Below are positions 29,968 through 38,611 of a stretch of 64,000 nucleotides of DNA, piece after piece. The stretch covers positions 95,617 to 159,616 of the forward strand of contig JACRNL010000010.1 in NCBI GenBank assembly GCA_016234935.1, read 5' to 3'. The position numbers were made by a program, and so were the translations under genes. Each line of letters begins with the position of its first letter. Position 1 is the first letter of the stretch. The notes beneath the pieces were generated by a model. It saw nothing but the letters and a program-made list of their open reading frames with translations. It was not told where the DNA came from and searched no databases. The stretch is from Deltaproteobacteria bacterium (GTDB lineage: Bacteria; Desulfobacterota; GWC2-55-46).

Positions 29968-32034
29968 TTGAAGATCAAGCATAAATTTCTCATTGTCTTT
30001 CTCGTCCTGATGCTCCTTGCCGTAAGCGCTACCGGCTACCTGAGCTTCAAGACCACCGAAACCGCCGTGGTCGAAAACGCATTGAAGGCCATGGAAAACG
30101 ACCTCGACACCATTCAAACAAAGGTCTCCGCCTTCCATGAAAAGGCAAAAAGCGAGCTCGCCTTCGCCCTGAATTATCCGGTGTTCAAAGAGTACTTCTC
30201 CCTTAAAGAGACTAAGGCCGGAAACAGGTATAACGGCAAGGTCATCCAGTTCACCCCTGAGCAGAGACGGCTTAAAGGCAAGATCGACGAATGGACCCAC
30301 TTTGTCCAGAGCGCCTTCCCGATTGCCGAGACCTGCGTAATCGACTTGACAGGGCAGGAGCATTCCCGCATCACATACGGACAGGTCGCGCCGGACGAGG
30401 ACTTTTCAAGCGACGAAAACACAGCCACGTTCTTCGAGCCGACCTTCAAACTTAAAAAGGGAGAGGTTCATGTCGCATATCCCTATATGTCGGTTGACGC
30501 AAAAAAATGGGTCTTTGCCTACACCTCCCCAATAGTCCTTGACGACGGCGCCAAGCCCGCGTTCTATCACTTCGAGATACCGATATCCTATTTTCAGGAT
30601 ATAGTATCCAAACATACGGCAGGGAGGGCCTTTGTCCTTGACCCGCAGGGCATCATCGTGGCGGACAGCAAGGTATCTATCGATATAGCCATGAAGAGCC
30701 AGGCAAAGGCCGGCGAGCATACCATGTCCGGCGCCGGCCACAAATTAAAAGACTACCTCCCCGCGGTCGAGACGATTTCGACGGAAGGCGGTTTTCTTGA
30801 TATCGTCAGGGAGATGAAGGCCGGAAAGAGCGGGACTGGCGTATTCTCCTCAGGCGGCCAGACCTTCTATGTGGCCTACAAGCCGCTCTCCACGTTCAGC
30901 TGGTCAGTAGCTGAGATAAAGTCATATTCCGAGCTTTTAGAGGGCGGCGCGTCCCTTTCCAAGATCAAAGGCACGATCGCCGTATCGGCCGCGCTCGCGC
31001 TGATAGCCGCCTTCGTGGTCGTCTACGTCGTCTCAGACAGGGTGACGCGGCCGCTCCTTGCTCTTACCGTTACCGCAGGCAGGGTAGCGGGGGGCGAGCT
31101 TAACGTAAGATTTCCGGAGATAGACTCAAAAGACGAGGTGGCAAGCCTTCAGACGGCCATGAAGGACATGGTCGGAAAATTAAATGAGATAGTGGCCGAC
31201 GTGGAGATGGCGGCCGACAAGGTGACGGGCGCAGGGGATGAGATACAGGAGCACTCGGAAAAAATGTCCGGCGGCATACAGGCCCAGGCGAACAAGGCCG
31301 CGCAGATAGCCACGGCCTCGGAAGAGATGACAAGGACCATCGCGGAGATAGCCAGAAACACGGCGTCTATATCCGACACGACCGTCAAGGCCGCCGACAC
31401 TGCCGAAAAGGGAAAGAAGATAGTCGAGAGGTCTATACAAGAGGTCGGCGACATAGCGGACATGGTAACGGGCATAGCGAGGAACATAGAGTCGCTCGGC
31501 GAAAGGTCCAAGGAGATAGGCAATATAGTGGGCGTCATAAACGATATAGCCGATCAGACAAACCTGCTTGCGCTGAACGCCGCCATAGAGGCCGCGAGGG
31601 CCGGCGAGCAGGGAAGGGGCTTCGCGGTCGTGGCCGACGAGGTGAGGTCTCTTTCCGAGAGGACGGCAAAGGCGACATTGCAGATAAACGAGATGATACA
31701 GGCGATACAGGCGGATGTCTCCTTCGCGGTAAGCTCTATGAAAGAGGGGACGACCAAGGTCGGCCAGGGGGTCGCCTTCTCTTCCGAGGCCGGCAGGGCG
31801 CTCGGCGATATAGTCGAGAGCGTTAAAAACCTGCATACCATGATCGACCAGATAGTCACTGCCGCACACCAGCTCACAAGCGCCGCCGAGCAGATAAGCT
31901 CCGATATAGGGGAAGTAGCCGAGGTTTCCAAGGGGGCGTCCACAGGCGCCTCTGATATAAACAATTCAGCTGGAGCGCTCACCAAGCTCTCAAAAACGCT
32001 GCAACTTGCCCTTAGCAGGTTTAAGACGGATTAG
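29968..32034 (+). CDS. Methyl-accepting chemotaxis protein
   Basis: Two TMs, a periplasmic Cache-like sensor, HAMP and IADQTNLLALNAAIEAARAGEQGRGFAVVADEVR. Confidence 0.95.
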   Translation: MKIKHKFLIVFLVLMLLAVSATGYLSFKTTETAVVENALKAMENDLDTIQTKVSAFHEKAKSELAFALNYPVFKEYFSLKETKAGNRYNGKVIQFTPEQRRLKGKIDEWTHFVQSAFPIAETCVIDLTGQEHSRITYGQVAPDEDFSSDENTATFFEPTFKLKKGEVHVAYPYMSVDAKKWVFAYTSPIVLDDGAKPAFYHFEIPISYFQDIVSKHTAGRAFVLDPQGIIVADSKVSIDIAMKSQAKAGEHTMSGAGHKLKDYLPAVETISTEGGFLDIVREMKAGKSGTGVFSSGGQTFYVAYKPLSTFSWSVAEIKSYSELLEGGASLSKIKGTIAVSAALALIAAFVVVYVVSDRVTRPLLALTVTAGRVAGGELNVRFPEIDSKDEVASLQTAMKDMVGKLNEIVADVEMAADKVTGAGDEIQEHSEKMSGGIQAQANKAAQIATASEEMTRTIAEIARNTASISDTTVKAADTAEKGKKIVERSIQEVGDIADMVTGIARNIESLGERSKEIGNIVGVINDIADQTNLLALNAAIEAARAGEQGRGFAVVADEVRSLSERTAKATLQINEMIQAIQADVSFAVSSMKEGTTKVGQGVAFSSEAGRALGDIVESVKNLHTMIDQIVTAAHQLTSAAEQISSDIGEVAEVSKGASTGASDINNSAGALTKLSKTLQLALSRFKTD

Positions 32035-32242
32035 CAAAACATAGATATAAAAAGACGCTCAACCGTCCTGACGGCCGCCAAACGCCTTTCTGTCATCCCA
32101 GCCCGCAGAACAGGCCCATAGAAACAGGGCTGAAGCCCTGTTGTTTTGTTTAAATCTTAACGGGTCTGAAGACTCGTTTCTACGAAATACAAGCCCCCTG
32201 CTCCTTTGCATGAACACTGCTATGCCGTCGAAAAAAAATACT

Positions 32243-33220
32243 ATGAAACTGACAAGAAAAATATTAATGCTTCTTGTGTTTTTCCTTATTCCCTGCGCGC
32301 CGGCCTTTGCCGGCATAACGGACTACCGGCCCATATTCGTGCCGTTTTACGAAGAAAATCAAATAAAGATAGCCATACGTTCTTTTAAGCGGGATGCGAA
32401 AAAGGAACTCATCATCCTCGACCCCTACTCCTTCGAGACCGGAGTTGTCCCGGCTGAGACGGTCAACCTGAATAAATCCTACGGCATCGGGCTGACGCGC
32501 CTTCGGGCAACCCCTTTTTACAGCGCGCTCGAGAAATACACGGCCGCTCCGGTAAAGCTTCAGAACCACGGCGCGGTAAAGGGAGAAGGCCGTGGAATGT
32601 TCATCACGGTTGACATGTGCCCGTCCAAAAGGCCCTTTGACAAGGGGCTTTTCGAGGCGCTGGCCGGCCTTGAGACAGGGCCGGCTCCGGTTGCCATCGC
32701 CATAAGCGGCGATTGGCTCAAGAATCACCCAAAGGAGTTCAAATGGCTATTAGAGATGATAAAAGCGAACAGGCTTGACGTCACATGGGTTAACCACAGT
32801 TACAGCCATCCCTATGAAAAAGGCGCTCCGCTTGAAGGGAATTTTCTCCTTAAAGAAGGGATTGACTTCGACAACGAGGTGCTGGCAAGCGAGGCATTGA
32901 TGATCCAGTCCGGCATACTGCCGTCTCCTTTTTTCCGTTTTCCGGGGCTTGTGGCGGACACTGAAGCGATGAAAAAGCTCAAAGCCTTATCGCTTATCCC
33001 TATCGGCTCAAACGCGTGGCTGGCAAAGGGAGAAACCCCGGCCCAAGGCGGCATCGTCCTCGTCCACGGCAACGGCAATGAACCCAACGGGATAAAGAGG
33101 CTTCTTAAGTTTCTGAACGCAAAAAAAGCTGCATTCAAGAAGCACTCACTGACGCTAAATTCCCTTAAAAACGCCTTCGTGGCAGGCAAAGGCGCAAAAG
33201 AAGGCAACATCCTGAGATAG
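32243..33220 (+). CDS. Exported polysaccharide deacetylase-like protein
   Basis: Signal peptide; ITVDMC, NHSYSH, FFRFPG and IVLVH motifs (NodB-like). Confidence 0.65.
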   Translation: MKLTRKILMLLVFFLIPCAPAFAGITDYRPIFVPFYEENQIKIAIRSFKRDAKKELIILDPYSFETGVVPAETVNLNKSYGIGLTRLRATPFYSALEKYTAAPVKLQNHGAVKGEGRGMFITVDMCPSKRPFDKGLFEALAGLETGPAPVAIAISGDWLKNHPKEFKWLLEMIKANRLDVTWVNHSYSHPYEKGAPLEGNFLLKEGIDFDNEVLASEALMIQSGILPSPFFRFPGLVADTEAMKKLKALSLIPIGSNAWLAKGETPAQGGIVLVHGNGNEPNGIKRLLKFLNAKKAAFKKHSLTLNSLKNAFVAGKGAKEGNILR

Positions 33221-33405
33221 TTATGTATTTAAAGTTCTTCGGGCGCCTGCGAGTTATACGTTGTCGGTTATCAGTTATCGGATAACGGTTAACGGATAAC
33301 CTTTTTTTAACAGGTTAATTTTCTGGACAAGTATATTCCGGATATAGTAATATTAATTAATACCATTCAACAAATGGAAAAATCAGAGATAAAGGAGATG
33401 TTTGC

Positions 33406-33918
33406 ATGGAAATCACGACTGTTGAGCAGGCAAAACAATTCATCAAAAAATGGCTTGAGGAAAACCATCACCAGGTAAAGGAAATTACCGACGACGCGGT
33501 AAATTTCCATTTTGAAGTTGACTATCCCGTAGGTTCGCTCAAGAGGCAGAGGATCCTTCAGCCCAAGGATTATCCAGGCCTTGTCGTCCTTCTTAACGGC
33601 GTTTCCATTGCCAACGAGCACACCGAAAAGCTCAAGAACATGACGGAAGACGAGAAGGACTCGTTTTACGGCCAGATAAGAAACGACCTTCTGTTCCTTG
33701 ACAACAGCTACGATATGAACATAGACGACGACGGCGTCGCCAAGACCATCCAGTTCTCTTACGAGTGCTATCTTGACGGCCTTACGAAGACAAGCCTTTA
33801 CAAGGGCCTTCTGCTCAACCACAGGACGCTTATATACATCGTCACGAAGTTCAACGAGAAGTTCGGCGTGCCGGTCATGCCCTCGGCGCCTCCAGGAGCA
33901 CAAGAGGCTGCGCACTAA
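33406..33918 (+). CDS. Hypothetical protein, DUF2299-like
   Basis: AAGGAG RBS; IKKWL.E, ANFHF-like and DGLTK motifs. Family recalled from memory. Confidence 0.55.
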   Translation: MEITTVEQAKQFIKKWLEENHHQVKEITDDAVNFHFEVDYPVGSLKRQRILQPKDYPGLVVLLNGVSIANEHTEKLKNMTEDEKDSFYGQIRNDLLFLDNSYDMNIDDDGVAKTIQFSYECYLDGLTKTSLYKGLLLNHRTLIYIVTKFNEKFGVPVMPSAPPGAQEAAH

Positions 33919-34046
33919 GGTCTGGCCGCTCTTAACCTGAAGCACTATGGACAAAAGCCCACGAAGGGCACGGCGCAGCGGCTGGCAGGAACGCGGCCTT
34001 TTAAGCATGTCCCCACAGGCTGTAAGCGGGGAAAGGAGTACCCATT

Positions 34047-34871
34047 ATGAAGATGCTTGAGATCAAATACAAATGCCTGCATCCGTCGTGCATCGTCAAC
34101 TGCCGCGACGGCGTTATCGCTATGCCTGAAGAGCACTTCAACGTCCTCAAGGGTCATTACGCGGACGAGACCACCTTCAGAAGTCCGAAGGGCCTTTGCC
34201 GTCTTGGCTTTAACCAGGCCTACAAGGCCGTGGCGATAATAGCCGAGGCGGACTTCGCCGATGCCGCGCACGGCCATGAGCATGAAGGGTGCGGACATGA
34301 CCCGATGGGGCTTCTTTCAGCCGACCATCAGGTTATTCTGAAAAAACTTGACGAAATAGAACAGCAGATAAAGATGCGCGACTCAGGCACCCTGTGGCGG
34401 ACGACCACGGAGCTTGAGAACATCATCATGCTTCACTCGATACACAAGGAAGAGGACACGCTTTTTCCTTTTCTTCTGGATCTGCCCATCGGGGACGGCC
34501 TTGTATCCATCATAAAAGAAGACCACCGCGAGCTTGTGACGCTCATGCACTCCTTCCGCACCGGACTTGCCGAGAGCAGGATACTCGACGGCCTGGGCAT
34601 GTCCATTATAGTCTGCCTCAGGAGCCACATCCGCAAAGAAGACAATGAATTCTTCAAGCTCATTGACAAGCTCCTTGACCACGACCTCAGGACCAGGATA
34701 CTTGCCGGCTTTAAAAAAGCCGAAGATGCATTCGTTCCGATAGTGGCCGACGAAAACACGAGAGAACAGCTGAAAAAAGAGGCCCTCGCCATGAAGCGCG
34801 ACGAGATGGACGACGCGATAGCCGCGGCCCTCGAAGAGACACGCTCCAGCCTGAGCGGCTGCTGCCACTGA
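34047..34871 (+). CDS. Hemerythrin-domain protein with Cys/His-rich extensions
   Basis: L.ADH, H..KEE..LFP, EDH and HI.KEDN motifs. Confidence 0.8.
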   Translation: MKMLEIKYKCLHPSCIVNCRDGVIAMPEEHFNVLKGHYADETTFRSPKGLCRLGFNQAYKAVAIIAEADFADAAHGHEHEGCGHDPMGLLSADHQVILKKLDEIEQQIKMRDSGTLWRTTTELENIIMLHSIHKEEDTLFPFLLDLPIGDGLVSIIKEDHRELVTLMHSFRTGLAESRILDGLGMSIIVCLRSHIRKEDNEFFKLIDKLLDHDLRTRILAGFKKAEDAFVPIVADENTREQLKKEALAMKRDEMDDAIAAALEETRSSLSGCCH

Positions 34872-34896
34872 TCAAACCGGACGCAAGGACATAAAT

Positions 34897-34933
34897 AAAA
34901 AAACGGGGCTGGAACTTCCAGCCCCGTTTTTTT
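34897..34933. terminator. Bidirectional rho-independent terminator
   Basis: aaaaaaacggggctgga act tccagccccgttttttt, between convergent genes. Confidence 0.85.
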
Positions 34934-34965
34934 TATTTCGCTTTCACATGTAATTCGATGCCCGG

Positions 34966-35337
34966 TCAGAGAGGCAGGTTTATAAAGATGATATAGAGCC
35001 ACATGAGGATGAGCGACGCGCCGAGCCAGCTTACATATTTAAAGGCCCGCCTTTTTTTCCTGCTTATCATCACGATGGCCAGCTTCATGAATATCAGGAA
35101 AAATCCGAAGAGCCAGCCGGCGGCGGAAAGGATGCTGAAACCGTAATTCACGAAGGACAGCGCCGCGAGGATGGTGTAGAACGTTATCGTGACGATGCCG
35201 TTGAAGCGGTGTATCTTGCCCTCGATATTGACATGCGTGCCCCTTACTATCTGCATCCCGCTTATGAAGCTCGACGTGGCCAGGACAAGCCCTATGGAGG
35301 CGAGCACCGTTGATATGGTCGAATAGATATTTTGCAT
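34966..35337 (-). CDS. Small four-TM membrane protein
   Basis: Four hydrophobic segments; abuts the upstream gene. Confidence 0.7.
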   Translation of the reverse strand: MQNIYSTISTVLASIGLVLATSSFISGMQIVRGTHVNIEGKIHRFNGIVTITFYTILAALSFVNYGFSILSAAGWLFGFFLIFMKLAIVMISRKKRRAFKYVSWLGASLILMWLYIIFINLPL

Positions 35338-35341
35338 CAGC

Positions 35342-36160
35342 TCAAACCTTATAAATCTTTCGCAGTATGTTTTTCTGTATCAGATAAAAAACAATGCCGG
35401 CATAGATCAGTATTACCGGCAGTATGAGGACGAAGTTCGGAAATGTGGTGTTGCCGCCGACGTCGTTGCCGTCCGAATCGCTTTCTACGATGCTGAAGGC
35501 GTTCCTCAGCACCTTATTGCCTTTTACGGCGTTGCGGTGCGACGACCACAGGAGGATGCCGTTCCACGTGTTGACGTTGGCGGAGTTGCCGCTGAGCAGG
35601 TTGCTGTTTGACGAGCTCAGGAAGATGCCCGTGTCGCCGTTCATGTCCGCGGAGTTGTCCATGACGGTGTTGCCGGTTGACGCTTCGAGATATATGCCGT
35701 ACTGGGTGTTTGAATCCGCGGCGTTGCCGGTGATATGATTTGCCGAAGACGAATATACGAGTATGCCGCTGCCGTTTTTAACGGCCCTGTTGTCCAGTAT
35801 GCGGCTGGCGTCGGCGTTATGCAGGGAAAAGCCTGACACGCTTGAACCTGTCGCGGTAAAGCCCGACACTACCGCTTTGGCGGCATGGTCTATCTTGAAT
35901 ACAGGCTCGGTCTTGACCGCCGCGGTAACGACCGTTGCCTCAGGGCCTTTGATGGACCTTAACTGCACCGCCTTTCTTATGACGATATTTTCGCTGTAAT
36001 TGCCGGCGCCGACGATTATGACGTCGCCCTGCTCTGCCGCGTCAACGGCCTGCCGTATATTCCTGTAACCCTCAGGCACGCGCAAAACCGAGGCAGAGAC
36101 GACAGGGGCCGCAAGCACGGCAACGGCAAACAGCGGTAACGCGATGGTTATCTTACCCAT
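35342..36160 (-). CDS. NosD/CASH right-handed beta-helix protein with a C-terminal TM
   Basis: I.QAVDAA..GD.I.V..G.Y.ENI and repeated GI.L..S..N...N motifs. Confidence 0.8.
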   Translation of the reverse strand: MGKITIALPLFAVAVLAAPVVSASVLRVPEGYRNIRQAVDAAEQGDVIIVGAGNYSENIVIRKAVQLRSIKGPEATVVTAAVKTEPVFKIDHAAKAVVSGFTATGSSVSGFSLHNADASRILDNRAVKNGSGILVYSSSANHITGNAADSNTQYGIYLEASTGNTVMDNSADMNGDTGIFLSSSNSNLLSGNSANVNTWNGILLWSSHRNAVKGNKVLRNAFSIVESDSDGNDVGGNTTFPNFVLILPVILIYAGIVFYLIQKNILRKIYKV

Positions 36161-36282
36161 GCAGGAACTTTCACCCGGCTTTTCAGGATATTGAACGGAG
36201 CTGAATTCTACCAAACCAGCGCAATAAAGTCCAAAGGATTACATCAGTATCAACAGTAAATAATGACAGCGGCCTGCTAAAA

Positions 36283-36804
36283 CTACCCTATCTTAAGCTC
36301 AGTCTCAAGCGGGATGGCGTTGGTGAGGCAATAGACCGCCGGGCATCTCTGTTTGGAAAGCTCTTCAAGCTCCTTTATCTTCGCCGTAGGGGCGTCGCTC
36401 TCGACGTGAAGCGTGAACTTGACCTTTCCGGCAATCGGGTTTTCAGAAAGACCGAAGACCTTTGAAAAATCGAGATTGCTCTCGGCAAGGACGCTGAGCT
36501 TTTTAAGGGTCACGCCTTCCATCGCGGCCATCGTGGCGAACGTAGCCACGTAGCATGACGCGGAGCCGTAAAGGCAATATATCATCGGGCCGGGCTGCGT
36601 GCCCCCGCCGCCGAGAAAGGACGGCTGGTCTGCCTCAAGGGTCATCCTGCCGTTCTCGAACTGGACTGTGGCCCTGAACTGGCTGCCCTCGCCGACGTTC
36701 CATTCCCCTTCTATCTTTGTCACCTTTTTTGCCTTTGAGAGGTCTTTCTTTACCTCGGCTATGGTCACGTAGAGTTTTTCAAGGTTTACGTTGTTCTTTT
36801 TCAT
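36283..36804 (-). CDS. OsmC/Ohr-like protein
   Basis: ADQP..LGG.G..P.P, SC and RCP motifs. Confidence 0.8.
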   Translation of the reverse strand: MKKNNVNLEKLYVTIAEVKKDLSKAKKVTKIEGEWNVGEGSQFRATVQFENGRMTLEADQPSFLGGGGTQPGPMIYCLYGSASCYVATFATMAAMEGVTLKKLSVLAESNLDFSKVFGLSENPIAGKVKFTLHVESDAPTAKIKELEELSKQRCPAVYCLTNAIPLETELKIG

Positions 36805-36850
36805 CTATCCCCCTTTTTTCAGATGCTTGATGCCGCCGGAATCCGGTAAA

Positions 36851-37906
36851 TCATTCAACCCTTATCCGCCAGCCCTCTTCCGCGCTGACGACGGAACCGA
36901 TAAGATAGTGCCTGACGCGCCGCTCCGTTAGATTACTTGAGAGCATATCATACTTCCCTTCAGGAATGGAAATAAGAAGTCCGCCCGAGGTCTGCGGGTC
37001 GAAAACGGCCATTTGCAGGGCGGCGTCCATGCCGTGCTTGAACTGAATGTCCGGGGCCATGAACTCCATATTTTCAGCAATGGCGCGGGGCCTGTTGCCA
37101 CGGCTGGTCACAAGCTCCAGCGCCTTCGGAAAAAACGGTATGTCCTTTGACGCGATGACAAGGTTTACGTTGGATGCCGTTGCCATCTCCAGGGCGTGGC
37201 CCATAAGGCCGTAGCCGGTAATGTCCGTGCACGCCTTGGCGCCTGTCTCCACCATGGCCTCCGCGGCGGCCCTGCTGAGCGTCTTCATCGACGTAAACGC
37301 GGCCTGGGCATCTTCAGGCCTGATATTTCCCTTTTTAAGCGCGCTCGTTATTATGCCCGTGCCGATGGGCTTTGTGAGCACGAGGAGGTCGCCCGGCCTT
37401 GCCCCGGCGTTCGTTATGACCTTTTCAGGATGCACAACGCCGGTGACGGACAGGCCGAACTTTATTTCCTTATCCTCGATGCTGTGGCCTCCGGCAAGCA
37501 CGGCCCCGGCCTCGTCCAGCCTGTCAACGGCGCCCCTTATTATCTCGGTCAGCACCTCCATGCCAAGCTCTTTGGGGAAGCAGACGATGTTAAGGGCAAA
37601 CCTCGGCACGCCGCCCATGGCGTAGACGTCGCTTAATGCGTTCGCGGCGGCTATCTGGCCGAAAAGGAACGGGTCGTCCACTATGGGCGGAAAGAAGTCC
37701 AGCGTGGACACGACGGCTATTTCACCGGACATCTTATAGACCCCCGCGTCGTCGGACTTGTCAAAACCAACGATGAGGTCTTTATCCCTTTGCATCGGTA
37801 GCCCGCGCAGGACCTGCGCGAGCGGCTTGGCGCCGAGTTTGGCCGCTCAGCCGGCGCAGCTTGCCCAGTTCGTGAGCTTTATCTTTTTGCCGCTTTTGAA
37901 CATCAT
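36851..37906 (-). CDS. selD: Selenophosphate synthetase, selenocysteine at codon 20
   Basis: The frame extends past the annotated start through TGA at 37847-37849: MMFKSGKKIKLTNWASCAG-U-AAKLGAKPLAQVL. Also DDAGVY, DFFPP, NALSDVYAMGG and DPQTSGGLL. Confidence 0.95.
37802..37846 (-). promoter_or_regulatory. Candidate bacterial SECIS element of selD
   Basis: Hairpin ctcgcgcag-gtc-ctgcgcggg about 25-45 nt after the UGA; its apex resembles the E. coli fdhF GCAGGUCUGC. Confidence 0.6.
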
Positions 37907-38611
37907 CTATATATACCCGTAAAGCCTGTAAAGCGCAATGGCCGCGTACTCCCAGAGGAGTTCATCCATCAAATTAATCCTGCCGAGGCCGCCCACCCTG
38001 TATCGGGCGACGTCCTTTACCGGCGCGCCGTAATACGAAAGACCGAGTTTTTTGGCGACGAGCGAGGCCCTTTTCATGTGGAGGGACGACGTCACGATGA
38101 TGCAGCTCTTCAGCCCCTTTTCATCCATGTATTTTTTCGCGTGCAGGAGATTTTCGTACGTATTGGTCGACGAGGGGTCTATGACCGCCGCCTTTTCCGG
38201 CACCCCGAGCTTTAACGCTGTCTCTCCCATGAGGCCGCCCTCTGAAGCGTCTATCACGCCTTTGTCCGTCGACTTCATTAACGTATGGGCGATCTTCGCG
38301 GCCTTTGAGGCGATGGCCCCGCCGGTGAACATTATCCCCGGCGCCCAGCCTTCTTTGTAAAGAAGCAGTCCGCGGATGAGCCGCTCATTCGACGCGCCGG
38401 CGAGGACGCCGTTCTTGAACGCCCCGCCGCCGAGAACGACTATTATGTCGGCCTTTTCAAGCGTCTCCTTCACCACCAGCGGCCTTGCCAGCAGGTTGGC
38501 AGCCGGCGTGAACATTACGAAAAGCGCAGTTGCGGTAAAGGCGGCGCAAAACCATTTTATAACGGTCAACGCGGTCTTTACGCGGCCGGATTTATGCAAT
38601 GACTTATGCAA
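37907..38611 (-). CDS. YdcF/DUF218 family protein
   Basis: IVVLGGG, TGG, SE, S.NTYEN, VTS..HM.RA motifs. Confidence 0.88.
   Translation of the reverse strand: MHKSLHKSGRVKTALTVIKWFCAAFTATALFVMFTPAANLLARPLVVKETLEKADIIVVLGGGAFKNGVLAGASNERLIRGLLLYKEGWAPGIMFTGGAIASKAAKIAHTLMKSTDKGVIDASEGGLMGETALKLGVPEKAAVIDPSSTNTYENLLHAKKYMDEKGLKSCIIVTSSLHMKRASLVAKKLGLSYYGAPVKDVARYRVGGLGRINLMDELLWEYAAIALYRLYGYI

Noticed and set aside
34860-34871. Sec readthrough at the TGA after GCCH in the hemerythrin gene
   Set aside because: No convincing SECIS, an in-frame TAA follows within 9 codons, and a terminator is adjacent.
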